Source: an uncultured Pirellulaceae bacterium
Lineage (GTDB): Bacteria > Planctomycetota > Planctomycetia > Pirellulales > Pirellulaceae
Assembly (NCBI GenBank): GCA_964411445.1
Contig: CAYPLE010000004.1
Span: 28,447 to 92,446, forward strand
Direction of reading: 5' to 3'
DNA length: 64,000 nt
Positions within the stretch are counted from its first letter, which is position 1; the number at the start of each line of letters is the position of its first letter. The position numbers and the translations under genes are program-made. The notes under the pieces are model-generated. The model saw only the letters and a list, made by a program, of their open reading frames with translations, searched no databases and was not told where the DNA came from. Of the stretch, positions 47,006-56,993 are shown piece after piece.

Positions 47006-47839
47006 TCAAGGGTGGTGTTGGCCGGTGATGGCTAGCGCGCTTTGATGAAGGAAAGCATTACTTGCCAGGATGCTTGAAGTCTCGAGCTTGAGCGGCTTGC
47101 CCCTGGCGTCGGTAATTTTCCCGCCCGCCCGTTCGAGAATGAGTCGCGCCGCGGCGAAATCCCAAGGCGCGAGCTTATACTCGAAAAAGACCCCAAACTG
47201 GCCCGCCGCAACTTGGCAAATATCCAGCGCCGCCGTGCCAAAACGGCGAATACCATGAATCTCTTTCGAAAAGAACGATTCCACTGCCGCTAGCGTGGCC
47301 TGCATCATCGCCCCGCGGTCGTAGTAGAAGCCGCAGCCAACCATCACTTCGCGTAGATTTTCGCTATTGCGCACGCGGATTTCGGTATCACCGTGGTAGG
47401 CCCGCGACGTTTCGGTCGCAAAATACCAGTCTTTCCGCATTGGATTGACAACCAAGGCACCGCGACAAACGCCCTCTCGATAGTATCCGATCGAGATGGC
47501 AAAGTGAGGAATGCCGTGAGCGAAGTTGTTGGTTCCGTCAAGCGGATCGATTATCCATAGGTGCTCAGCAGAAATGCTCCCGTCGTTCAATTCCTCGCCC
47601 AGGATCTCGTGCGTGGGAAAGGCCTTCAGGATTTCCGCAGCGATAGCCTGCTCGCTTTGCACATCCGCGTCGCTGACCAGATTGTAGGGCGCCTCTCCTT
47701 CTTTGCTGCGAATCTCGACACCCTGTTCAAATGCTTCGGTCAATACTTGGGCACCGCGACTGGCGGCTGCAGCGGCAATTCTCAGCTCCTTACTGTCTAG
47801 AGCCAGGAGAGCCGCGGGGATGGAAAGTTGGGCAGGCAT
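47006..47839 (-). CDS. Inositol monophosphatase family protein (SuhB-like)
   Basis: 'NLVSDADVQSE', 'ILGEE', 'WIIDPLDGTNNF', 'RRFGTAALD' and 'PWDFAAA'. ATG at 47839. Confidence 0.92.
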   Translation of the reverse strand: MPAQLSIPAALLALDSKELRIAAAAASRGAQVLTEAFEQGVEIRSKEGEAPYNLVSDADVQSEQAIAAEILKAFPTHEILGEELNDGSISAEHLWIIDPLDGTNNFAHGIPHFAISIGYYREGVCRGALVVNPMRKDWYFATETSRAYHGDTEIRVRNSENLREVMVGCGFYYDRGAMMQATLAAVESFFSKEIHGIRRFGTAALDICQVAAGQFGVFFEYKLAPWDFAAARLILERAGGKITDARGKPLKLETSSILASNAFLHQSALAITGQHHP

Positions 47840-47962
47840 CTTGGGTTCCGAAGAAATTCGTCGCAGCGAGTATAAGCAAGGCCAGTTGAGATGAGCAGCA
47901 TCGCTCAAGACGCTCAAACGATATCGCATGAAACAAAGGCAGAATAGCCGCCGCAGCTAGAA

Positions 47963-48373
47963 TTAGCGTTTGCGTTTCTTCCTCCTTCGCTGTCGCGGAG
48001 CAGGCTGTTGGCCAAGGCCCGCAGGTAAGAACCACATCAAGAGTCCCACCATCCCCGCGATCACCAGCGGGAAGACGATCGGAACGGTGATGAATTCGTC
48101 ACTAGCGTTGGAATCGTCACCATCGGCCAAAGCGATGCGGCCTGCTTCTTTTTCTCGCGACTGCACCAGAGAACCACCGGGCGCGGCCGGCTCACCAGCA
48201 GGCAGCGGCGTTGGTTCCGATGCATCTTTAAGATCGCCCTGCACAGCAGGACTGCCACCTCGATGCATAGGGTTTCGCACTTGAATTGCAACGGTTTGCG
48301 TAATTGCTGCCGCCATCCCCAAAAATGCAGCAGTAATGAATAGTACTAAACCTAATAGCCTGAGTTGTGGCAA
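47963..48373 (-). CDS. Hypothetical small membrane protein (2 TM, basic C-terminus)
   Basis: TTG 48373 is preceded by AAGGAGG. Two hydrophobic helices flank a Pro/Ala linker; ends RQRRRKKRKR. Confidence 0.6.
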   Translation of the reverse strand: MPQLRLLGLVLFITAAFLGMAAAITQTVAIQVRNPMHRGGSPAVQGDLKDASEPTPLPAGEPAAPGGSLVQSREKEAGRIALADGDDSNASDEFITVPIVFPLVIAGMVGLLMWFLPAGLGQQPAPRQRRRKKRKR

Positions 48374-48759
48374 ACCGAAGCCCTCCTTGCATGTCAACGC
48401 GTCTTCACACACGGCCGCGATGATCCTGACGTAGTTTGAACAACCGCCCCAAAATGGGCCGCGACGACGCACCTCTTCGGCTGGCGAACCTGCGCCAAAG
48501 CTTGCAATCGCTGGCTAGGTTTTATCGATTAGATGCTACACTAGCTAGCCTCTCCTGCAGGTCCTTCGTCAAGAAGACTCGCAGTGACCGGGGACAAGTC
48601 AGGAGAAGCCGGGTTGCAACCATGTTGCCGGGTGACTCCATAAGATATGCAGCACCCCGTAACAGCTTAATTGCAGCTCGGGAATCGAGCACCGCATGAG
48701 CGGAGTTGGGTTCGAACCTACTTGAGCTACCACAAAGAGCTGATGACAGGAGGTCAAGA

Positions 48760-49173
48760 ATGTCCGCGCCCAAACATGCGACGCCAAGCAGCTCGGCTTG
48801 CAACCGCTTTCTTGTCGTAGATGACGACCCGCTGCTGCGCACGACAGTCAAGATTTTGCTCAACATCGCTGGCTACGAAGCCGTCGAGGCAGCCAACGGA
48901 GTCGAAGCTGTTTCGGCAGTCGAAAATGCGGACAAACCATTCACCGGAATTTTGCTGGATTTGAACATGCCTATCATGGATGGTCACAAGGCGCTGGTCG
49001 AGATCCGCAAACGCGACAAAACCGTTCCCATCATCGTCGTCTCATCGCTTGCCGATCGGCTCTCCTCGCAAGAGCGCCTTGTGGTAAGCGGGGCAATTCA
49101 AAAGCCGTTCGCCGCAGAAGACTTTCTATCTGAAGTCAACGACGCAATGACCACTGGCATGGCAGCCTGCTAG
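48760..49173 (+). CDS. Single-domain response regulator (CheY-like receiver)
   Basis: 'FLVVDDD', phospho-acceptor 'LLDLNMPIMDG', 'IIVVSS' and 'QKPF'. AGGAGG RBS before ATG 48760. Confidence 0.92.
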   Translation: MSAPKHATPSSSACNRFLVVDDDPLLRTTVKILLNIAGYEAVEAANGVEAVSAVENADKPFTGILLDLNMPIMDGHKALVEIRKRDKTVPIIVVSSLADRLSSQERLVVSGAIQKPFAAEDFLSEVNDAMTTGMAAC

Positions 49174-49354
49174 CGCGCTGGTCTTGAAAACCGCCGATCT
49201 CTTGCGGCTGTTGACCAAACGGCCCCAGACACTTCAGAGCAGGATAGCTTCACGCTGAGCACCGCTCACACCTTTCTCGCTGACTATCCAGCTTGGCGAC
49301 TGCTGGCCTTTTAGGGAGGTTAACGTCGAAGCGTTTCGTTTGTACGCTTAGGCG

Positions 49355-50506
49355 ATGAAAAGACGTCGCCACAGCATCCTGTTTCTCAACCCCTTCGGCG
49401 GACAAAGTCACGCTGCTTTCCAGCGGGGTTGGGCAAAGCACAGTCGGCACGATTTCGAAGTACTCAGTCTTCCTGCCGTACACTGGAAGTGGCGAGCGCG
49501 ACATGCGGCCCTCACGTTTGCTCAACAAGCTAATGCACTCAACAGCGAAGGGCAGAATTTTAGCTGCGTCGTCTGCACATCGATGCTAGACTTGGCCGCC
49601 TGGAAAGGACTCGTTGGCCCACCGCTGAGCCATCTGCCCGCCATTGCATACTTTCACGAAAACCAGTTCAGTTATCCGGTGGTGGATCCAGTCACTGCAC
49701 AACGCGATGCACATCTCGCATATAGCAACTTTCTCACTGCCGTTTCAGCCGATGCCGTCCTGTTCAATTCGCAATACCACTTGGACGCGATGATCTCCGA
49801 TGCAGCATCCTGGCTTTCTCGGATGCCCGACTATAGCCACGCCGATCAGTTGCAGGCGATCCGAGAAAAGAGCTTCGTTGAGCCACCAGGTATCGGCGTG
49901 ATCTCGGATACCAAAGAGCCCCACAGCGAACAGCCACGACAAACGGATTCTGCGCCGACAGTCGGGTGGGTCATGCGCTGGGAGCATGATAAAGCACCCG
50001 AGTTATTCGCGGACGCAATCGCGCAGCTTGTGCGAAACAAAGTACCGTTTCGTTTGTGTCTGCTAGGCGAACGCTTCGCCAAGCAGCACGAAAGCCTGGA
50101 ACGGGTTCGCTCGGTAGCCGGCGACAGGATCATTTACGACGCTTACGCGCCAACATCCCAGGAGTACCTAGAGCAGTTGCGGAACATCGACATTGTCGTC
50201 TCCACTGCCAAGCACGAGTTTTTTGGAATTGCTATCGCCGAGGCAATCTTGGCCGGAGCCCAACCACTGTTGCCCAATCGGCTTGCCTATCCAGAAATTT
50301 TAGAATTAGAACGCTTTACGTCGCGCAGCGAACTGTTCTACGAAAGCGACAGTGATTTTTATCCAGCGTTGAAGCAGTCGATCGATTCGTTTTCTCAGTT
50401 CGGTCCTAGCAAAGAGCTCGTCAAGCTACGTGCACGCTTGAAGAAGCATCACTGGCCGCAGCGCGCCAAGTCGCTCGACGATCGGGTTTCGCAAGTTTGC
50501 GACTGA
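49355..50506 (+). CDS. DUF3524 / GT4-fold glycosyltransferase (homologue of tRNA-queuosine alpha-mannosyltransferase GTDC1/QTMAN)
   Basis: 'FGGQSH', 'LPAVHWKWRARHAAL', 'YFHENQFSYP', 'RWEHDKAPE', 'STAKHEFFGIA' and 'PNRLAYPE'. Confidence 0.82.
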   Translation: MKRRRHSILFLNPFGGQSHAAFQRGWAKHSRHDFEVLSLPAVHWKWRARHAALTFAQQANALNSEGQNFSCVVCTSMLDLAAWKGLVGPPLSHLPAIAYFHENQFSYPVVDPVTAQRDAHLAYSNFLTAVSADAVLFNSQYHLDAMISDAASWLSRMPDYSHADQLQAIREKSFVEPPGIGVISDTKEPHSEQPRQTDSAPTVGWVMRWEHDKAPELFADAIAQLVRNKVPFRLCLLGERFAKQHESLERVRSVAGDRIIYDAYAPTSQEYLEQLRNIDIVVSTAKHEFFGIAIAEAILAGAQPLLPNRLAYPEILELERFTSRSELFYESDSDFYPALKQSIDSFSQFGPSKELVKLRARLKKHHWPQRAKSLDDRVSQVCD

Positions 50507-50658
50507 CGCCGCAGAAGCGCACTGGCCGAGACTTCCCGTTGGAGATCAGCTCGAAATTCCTGCACGCGTGAGAATGAAAGCTGATAGAGTAGTCGTGGGT
50601 AGCCAAGCTTAAGGTACAAGCGAACAACACCAGCAACTTCAATACAACAGGACGAATT

Positions 50659-52740
50659 ATGCTAGGGCCCCGCTTCGTTTTCACTCCGCTTGCATTTCTT
50701 CTGGTCGCAATCTGCGGCTGTGACGTCAAGCGGACTCCCGCCACAAGTAGCCTCGGCAAAAAGCCGAACGTGCTGGTCACTGAGACGCAACAGCCAATCG
50801 TTGACGAGGACTATCAATTCCGAATCGATTCACCAGGGCGTACTTGGAAAATCATGGGCGAGGCCGAGTTTAGCTCTTTCCTTCCCGACGCTTGTGCCGG
50901 AGCCGCTTCAAGCTCAGGAACGTACGGGGCTATCATTGCCGAACCTCTGTCCGGCGCGAGCCTTGAAGGCTACACAAATTTGATTCGCGATTCGCTACCC
51001 ACAATGCTAGTCGATTGCGAGATGTCCGAGCCCAGCTCGATCACCTACCAAGGCTATCCCGCATCGCAGTTTACGACCACCGGTTCGGTTAACGGCGCCA
51101 ACATATTTTACCTCCACACCATATTGCTCCGGGGTGACTTTGCCATGCAGTTGATCTCATGGTCAATGAAAGGGCAAAGCCCAGAAATGCGACAATTTCT
51201 GGACATGGTCACACTCACTGAAGGCGAAATGCAGATCCGCGCGATTGACACGCACGTGGCAGACTTCGACGGCCCAGGGCAGCAGATTCGCGACGGCAAC
51301 TTCATCAGTCCCGTCTATGGGATAGTTTTCCCATCACAGCCAGAATGGAAAACACTCGTCGGAAATTCTCTGCAAGCCATGACGGAGGATGCAATCGTCG
51401 GCTTTGAATCAGCGCAAGGTCTAGGCTACGGGGCGGTCATCGCGGAGACCATGTACGTGGATGACCTGGAGACACTATCTGAAGAGCTGCGGACTGAATT
51501 GGCGTATTCGTTAGGTGCAGAGCTCAGTGAAGATGCCCCCAGATCAATTACCGCTTTCGGCCGAGAGATTCCGGTGTATCAGTTAGTCACTCAAGGGCAA
51601 CCCCAATACACATTTTTCTTTGGGGTAACCGAAATAGATCGAAGTAGTGGACCACCTTTGTTGCTACAGATCCAACTATGGTCGGCCCTGGAGCCAGACA
51701 AGGCTTTTGAGATGCTGAAAGCTCCTGCGGAAAGCATGAGTTTGTTGTCCGAAACTGAGACGAGCAAGTTGCGCGAGCAGTCGTACGCGTTGCCAGACAT
51801 GCAGAACGTTGTTGGTCCTGAGTTTAGCCTCCGACGCGGCATCTTCCGCGACTTTAACAACGGAGTACGTTGGAGGAAACCCGGTAGGGGAACCTGGAAA
51901 ATCTCAGTCGGCGACGAAGCCGCTGCACAGTCGGCAGCTCTATATGTCGAAGAAATTGAGACCGGCATGCAAGGCATGCTTATCGTCGAACCTGCGGAGC
52001 AGACACAGCTTGAGGATTTCCACAATCAGGTGCTCGCCGCTTATGAACTCGAGCAAACACCTGCAATTACCAGGGTCAAAATCAACGGAGTCGACTGCCT
52101 GAGCTCTGAATTTGAAATTGACTACGGTGATGCCTCGCCGTGGAGCTATCGGATTGCAACGGCGATTCAAGCTGGAAGAGCAATGCAGCTTCTCGCGTTC
52201 GGTCAGTCGGAGAATGTCCAGGCCAGCAACCAAGACTCCTTCATCAACGGCTTTGAATTCCCAGGTGCAGACATGCGAAAAATCTCCCAGTCGGGAAATA
52301 TATACCGCGACGAACGACTTGGAATCGAACTTACCGCCCCCGATCAGCGGTGGAAGTTTCGTGAAATCACACAGCCTCAGATTCGACCGATGGGTGGAAT
52401 CTACAATTTGACGCTCGGCAAATCCAAAGCCATCACCGTGGCTGCGATTTACCAGCCATCGGAAAACGTAGACCTTGAAGATTCGTTTGTCGCACAAATG
52501 ATGGCAAGCAGTTTGCAGGCTACGCTCGGGGATTCCTTTGAATTAGGTGCCCCGTCGGTGGAGCGTTTGCAAATCAGCGGCGTCCCTGTAGAAGTCAAGT
52601 CTTGGGACACCGGAAAAGAAACGGTCTGCACCATGATCGGCCAACGAGACTCAACGACCTTCTTCGCTCTGGCAATCGCCAAAGGACGTGACAACTTGCT
52701 CACAAAGCAAGTCAAAGAAGGGCTCAAGTTGTTCGACTGA
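50659..52740 (+). CDS. Hypothetical lipoprotein with four tandem ~150-170-aa modules
   Basis: Lipobox-like 'LVAICGC' and four repeats of a '(Y/L)G(I/V)..P...WK' start motif. No family recognised with certainty. Confidence 0.75.
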   Translation: MLGPRFVFTPLAFLLVAICGCDVKRTPATSSLGKKPNVLVTETQQPIVDEDYQFRIDSPGRTWKIMGEAEFSSFLPDACAGAASSSGTYGAIIAEPLSGASLEGYTNLIRDSLPTMLVDCEMSEPSSITYQGYPASQFTTTGSVNGANIFYLHTILLRGDFAMQLISWSMKGQSPEMRQFLDMVTLTEGEMQIRAIDTHVADFDGPGQQIRDGNFISPVYGIVFPSQPEWKTLVGNSLQAMTEDAIVGFESAQGLGYGAVIAETMYVDDLETLSEELRTELAYSLGAELSEDAPRSITAFGREIPVYQLVTQGQPQYTFFFGVTEIDRSSGPPLLLQIQLWSALEPDKAFEMLKAPAESMSLLSETETSKLREQSYALPDMQNVVGPEFSLRRGIFRDFNNGVRWRKPGRGTWKISVGDEAAAQSAALYVEEIETGMQGMLIVEPAEQTQLEDFHNQVLAAYELEQTPAITRVKINGVDCLSSEFEIDYGDASPWSYRIATAIQAGRAMQLLAFGQSENVQASNQDSFINGFEFPGADMRKISQSGNIYRDERLGIELTAPDQRWKFREITQPQIRPMGGIYNLTLGKSKAITVAAIYQPSENVDLEDSFVAQMMASSLQATLGDSFELGAPSVERLQISGVPVEVKSWDTGKETVCTMIGQRDSTTFFALAIAKGRDNLLTKQVKEGLKLFD

Positions 52741-52890
52741 ACTTGCCTGACTCCAAGACAGGCGGCTGGAAGGCAAAAAACGTAAACCTCGATTGAGCAA
52801 CAACTTATGAACTGCTCATGCTTTTCAGCCGTTCCTGCGGGGGGCGACGCAAGTTGGTCCCCCACGCTGGGCTGTGCCGCCGTCCCACTA

Positions 52891-52912
52891 TTGTTAACAC
52901 GTTCTTAACGCG
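52891..52912 (+). promoter_or_regulatory. Candidate PHO-box-like 11-bp tandem repeat
   Basis: TTGTTAACACG / TTCTTAACGCG (9/11 identical, 11-bp period), about 140 bp upstream of pstS. Confidence 0.5.
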
Positions 52913-53049
52913 ATTGGGTTTCCAATCCGCTTGCAGCAGTGAGATGCTAAGTCAAAAATCGTTGGGAACTGGATATTCTGGGTGGACGTGGAAATCCTTC
53001 GCCTTAGCTCCGGGGCCATTCGCTTTCGACTATTTTCTTTAGGCGTGAA

Positions 53050-54015
53050 ATGATGAAAAAGCTTGTCGCGATCACACTTGTGATGCTCTTTGCCGGACAA
53101 ACGACCGCTCAGGACAAGGTCACCGTCGATGACAAATTGCCTGAATACAAGGCAATCTCTGGAATCGCAGGTGCGAACCTCGAAACTGTCGGCTCGGACA
53201 CCATGAATAACATGATGGGTCTGTGGACCGAAGAATTCAAGAAAATGTATCCTAGCGTCAAGCCCGCCGTGGATGGCAAAGGCTCCTCGAACGCGATTCC
53301 CGCTCTGATCGAAGGCAAAGCCACCTTCGGGCCGATGAGCCGCGAGCCGAAAGCTGCGGAGATCAAGAAGTTTAAAGACAAATACGGCTACGAGCCAACA
53401 ATCCTGCCGACCAGCATCGACATGCTGGCCGTCTACGTGAACAAAGACAATCCAATCGAAGCCCTCAGCTTTGAACAGATTGACGCGATCTTTTCCAGCA
53501 CGCGAAAGATGGGCGGAAAGCAACGTTTGGATAGCTGGAAGACGTTCTTTTCGAACGGTCCAGCCATCACTTGCTACGGCCGCAACGCGGCCAGCGGCAC
53601 CTACGGCTACTTCAAAGATGTAGTGCTTGGCGATGGGGACTACGGCAAGTGGGTGAGCGAACTTCCTGGCTCTGCTGGCGTAGTTCAAGCCGTTGGTGGC
53701 AACCGGGGCGGAATTGGCTATAGCGGAATTGGTTACAAGACGGCGGACGTTCGCGCTATCGCAGTCTCCGAGGGCGATGTCAAAGACGCCGTGGCTCCCG
53801 TGCCTGAGAACGCATACAGCGGCGACTATCCACTTTCCCGCTTCCTCTACCTAGCGGTCAACTACAACCCAACGCAGCCGCTGGATCCAATGCGTGCTGA
53901 GTTTATCAAGTACGTTTACAGCAAGCAGGGTCAGGCTCAAGTCGTCAAAGATGGCTACTTGCCTGTGTCTGCCGAAATCGCTGAAGAAGCCCTGGCTTCA
54001 GTAGGCATCAAGTAA
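53050..54015 (+). CDS. pstS: Phosphate ABC transporter substrate-binding protein
   Basis: Signal peptide, 'VGSDTM', 'GKGSSNA', 'GPMSRE', 'GRNAASGTY', 'GIGYSGIGY' and 'YPLSRFLY'. Confidence 0.95.
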   Translation: MMKKLVAITLVMLFAGQTTAQDKVTVDDKLPEYKAISGIAGANLETVGSDTMNNMMGLWTEEFKKMYPSVKPAVDGKGSSNAIPALIEGKATFGPMSREPKAAEIKKFKDKYGYEPTILPTSIDMLAVYVNKDNPIEALSFEQIDAIFSSTRKMGGKQRLDSWKTFFSNGPAITCYGRNAASGTYGYFKDVVLGDGDYGKWVSELPGSAGVVQAVGGNRGGIGYSGIGYKTADVRAIAVSEGDVKDAVAPVPENAYSGDYPLSRFLYLAVNYNPTQPLDPMRAEFIKYVYSKQGQAQVVKDGYLPVSAEIAEEALASVGIK

Positions 54016-54030
54016 GAAACGGATTCAATC

Positions 54031-54143
54031 GCGCAGGCCCTCCGTTGGGGCGACGTTGGACCGTCGCTCCGAGGCCCGCGCAGAGGCGTTTCAAGTCGAA
54101 GAAGTCGTCCAAGTAACGCTGGACTGAGCGGTTTGGCGTTACT
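54031..54143 (+). other. Stem-loops in the pstS-pstC intergenic region
   Basis: GGGGCGACG/CGTCGCTCC stem (54047-54070) inside a larger GC-rich hairpin (54031-54081), and an AGTAACGC/GCGTTACT stem (54112-54143). No U-tract, so mRNA stabiliser or attenuator by inference. Confidence 0.45.
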
Positions 54144-54395
54144 CGTCGCGTTCTGACGACTTTGCAGCTTGTGCTTGGTTTCTGCTTAAGACAGTCTTCG
54201 CACTTTTTGCAACGACCACATTCTCGTCATCAGGTGGTTTAAACCCATAGCCCAAATGCTATCATCTCGCTTCACGGCTGAAATCGAAGAAGAACCTCCT
54301 ACTACCGTGAATCATGTTCGACTGACACGAGCTAGCTAACGGCTCAGAAATGTCAGTGCGAAACGCACTAGCATCGCCAAAAGCGGAAATAAGTT

Positions 54396-56993
54396 GTGGC
54401 CGGAAAATCGTACGCCGGACAAAGTCGCAGGAAACAAACGCCTTGGAGCGTTAAGTTTGGTGATGCTGTTGCTTCTCGAGTCATCGCCGTGGGCGGCATC
54501 GGGACAATCGTTGCCATTCTATTGGTCGTACTCGTTCTTGTGGGGACCGCACTTCCGCTACTGAAGGGGCCAGAGTTCGCCCAGTCGACCACCATCAACG
54601 CACCTGAGTATGCTGCCGTAGGCGTCGATGCCGACGGCGTACTGACATGGGGATTAACTGCCGACGGGACAATCGAAGTCCGCGAAACGCTGGGCGGAGA
54701 TTTACTGGCCAGCCACGAACTCGAAAGTGAAGACGGAGTCGTAGTCACTTCCTCATTCGTGTCCATCGACCGCGAAACAGTAGCCCTCGGATTCTCCGAC
54801 GGAACGATGCGAGTTGCCAAGCTGGAATTCGAGGACGCGTTGATATCGAATGATGAACTACCTGAATCGGAGTTTGTGACTGAAGAAGCCAAAATCGCGC
54901 ACGACGATGATACTGTTTACCAGTGGTTTGATTCGAACACCGCACGCAAGACGCAGCTCATTGCACCTGAGTGGTCAAGCCCCTACGAAGTGGCTGAAGA
55001 GGCCATCTTGGCGCTCGACTTCTTGCCTAGTTCCTCTTCCAACAAGTTTGCGCGATCCTCTGTAGACCACGCGGTGGCCATGACGCAGAGCAAGTTGATT
55101 CACGTCACGATCACCAAATCCAAACGCCTTGGCCGCGTCCGCGAGTCTACAGACTTGCTGGACTGCGAGCTAACGCCCCGCAGTGAAGACGGTCGACCGC
55201 TGGCTCTGGTTGCCATGAATAGCGGGGGGCAAGCCGTTGTCGTTTGGCCCAATGGAACTTTGGATCGTTTCGAGATTGGTGATGAAGCAATCACCGCCAT
55301 GGAAAGTCAAAGTACGACTGCTGATGGCAGCAGCCTACGAAGCGCAGGAATGCTTCTAGCCCGTCAAACGCTGCTTTGCGGAACTGAATCGGGCGAGCTT
55401 CAGGGCTGGGCGATTGTTCGCGATGAAACGGAGTCAGCCGCCAATCCAGACGGGCTACTGCTCGCCAAGACCCACTCTATCGCATTGTCAGACAACCCGA
55501 TCGTTGCAGTCGCTTCCAGCAAGCAGTCACATGTCGCTGTGGCCGCAGACTCCAGCGGCAACGCTTTGCTAGCTTACGTCACCAACGACACCTACTTGTC
55601 ATCGTTTACTACCTCACTTGGGCAGGACCTGAACACGGTTTGCCTTGGCCCGGATGGCAACATGTTGGTTGCAACATCGGGCGACACCATTGAATTGGCC
55701 AGCTTCGACGTTGGTCACCCCGAGGCATCCGTGCAGGGGTATTTTGGTCGGATTTGGTACGAAGCCCACGATGCACCGAAGTATATCTGGCAATCCTCCG
55801 CGGCTACTGAAGAAGCAGAGATTAAGCTCAGCCTAATGCCACTGGTGTTCGGGACGATGAAAGCTACCGTCTATGCGATGCTGATCAGTGTACCACTTGC
55901 CGTTTTGGCGGCCATCTATACAAGCGAATTCCTGAGTTCGGAAATGCGAGGCCGCGTCAAACCGTTGGTCGAATTGATGGCCAGCCTTCCCAGCGTAGTG
56001 CTTGGTTATGTCGCGGCGCTCGTGGTTGCACCTTATCTGCAAGAACATCTCATGCCGGTGCTCGCGGCACTAGTGCTGGTGCCTGTCACATTTGTCCTGG
56101 CTGGCCATTTGTGGAGTCTTCTACCCGTCGACTTGTTGGTTCGACTGCAGCCATTTCGCTTGCCGCTGATGTGCGTTTGTTTCCCTTTGGGCTGCCTGTT
56201 CGCCTATTGGCTTGGCAACGGATTTGAATGGTGGATGTTCTCCGGTGATCTCGTTAGTTGGCTAAGCGATGATGCGGCGTCAAGCACCGGGGGGTGGATG
56301 CTGATCCTGATTCCAGCACTCACCTTGGGCGCCGTTTTACTCACCGGCGGCCCGCTTTCGCCTGCCATCCGACACTATGCAACGGGAAAAAGCCCTCGCG
56401 GATTTGCGGTCTTCTCAATTAGCCGCTTTTTCGTCACCTGCATCGCCGTCGTTGGTGTTGCTTGGTGCATCTCATTCCTATTTTCGCAAGTTGGACTGGA
56501 CCTTCGCGGCAGTGTCGTCGGGGACTATCAAGACAAGAATGCTCTGCTGGTCGGCGGAGCCCTTGGATTCTGCGTTATCCCTATTATCTACACCATCAGT
56601 GACGATGCTTTGCAAGCTGTACCAAAGCAACTGCGAAGCGCATCACTTGGTTGCGGCGCGACACCTTGGCAAACGACCGTGCGAGTGGTCGTGCCCAGTG
56701 CGATGAGCGGTTTGTTTAGCGCTATCATGATCGGTCTCGGCCGAGCCGTCGGCGAGACGATGGTCGTGCTATGTGCCGCCGGAAATACGCCTTTGATGGA
56801 GTGGAATGTTTTTAACGGTTTCAAGACATTGAGTGCTGCACTTGCAACCGAACTGCCTGAAGCGGCTAAGGGGAGCACCCACTTTCGCACGCTGTTCCTG
56901 GCCGCTTTGCTGCTGTTCTTCATTACGCTAATTGCCAATACCCTGGCCGAATTCGTTCGTATCCGCTTCCGCAAGAGAGCGAGCCAGCTATGA
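54396..56993 (+). CDS. pstC: Phosphate ABC transporter permease PstC with large periplasmic beta-rich domain
   Basis: C-terminal ABC permease: 'PLVFGTMKA', 'KPLVELMASLPSVVLG', 'DDALQAVP..LRSASLGCGAT.WQT' and 'RAVGETM'. About 430-aa insert after the first TM. Confidence 0.9.
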   Translation: MAGKSYAGQSRRKQTPWSVKFGDAVASRVIAVGGIGTIVAILLVVLVLVGTALPLLKGPEFAQSTTINAPEYAAVGVDADGVLTWGLTADGTIEVRETLGGDLLASHELESEDGVVVTSSFVSIDRETVALGFSDGTMRVAKLEFEDALISNDELPESEFVTEEAKIAHDDDTVYQWFDSNTARKTQLIAPEWSSPYEVAEEAILALDFLPSSSSNKFARSSVDHAVAMTQSKLIHVTITKSKRLGRVRESTDLLDCELTPRSEDGRPLALVAMNSGGQAVVVWPNGTLDRFEIGDEAITAMESQSTTADGSSLRSAGMLLARQTLLCGTESGELQGWAIVRDETESAANPDGLLLAKTHSIALSDNPIVAVASSKQSHVAVAADSSGNALLAYVTNDTYLSSFTTSLGQDLNTVCLGPDGNMLVATSGDTIELASFDVGHPEASVQGYFGRIWYEAHDAPKYIWQSSAATEEAEIKLSLMPLVFGTMKATVYAMLISVPLAVLAAIYTSEFLSSEMRGRVKPLVELMASLPSVVLGYVAALVVAPYLQEHLMPVLAALVLVPVTFVLAGHLWSLLPVDLLVRLQPFRLPLMCVCFPLGCLFAYWLGNGFEWWMFSGDLVSWLSDDAASSTGGWMLILIPALTLGAVLLTGGPLSPAIRHYATGKSPRGFAVFSISRFFVTCIAVVGVAWCISFLFSQVGLDLRGSVVGDYQDKNALLVGGALGFCVIPIIYTISDDALQAVPKQLRSASLGCGATPWQTTVRVVVPSAMSGLFSAIMIGLGRAVGETMVVLCAAGNTPLMEWNVFNGFKTLSAALATELPEAAKGSTHFRTLFLAALLLFFITLIANTLAEFVRIRFRKRASQL

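Noticed and set aside
48697-48768. tRNA-like stretch on the minus strand (GCGGA...GTAGGTTCGAACCCAACTCCGC)
   Set aside because: Only 5 acceptor-stem pairs, a mismatched T-stem and no D-arm or anticodon arm. It also overlaps the RBS and start of the response regulator gene.
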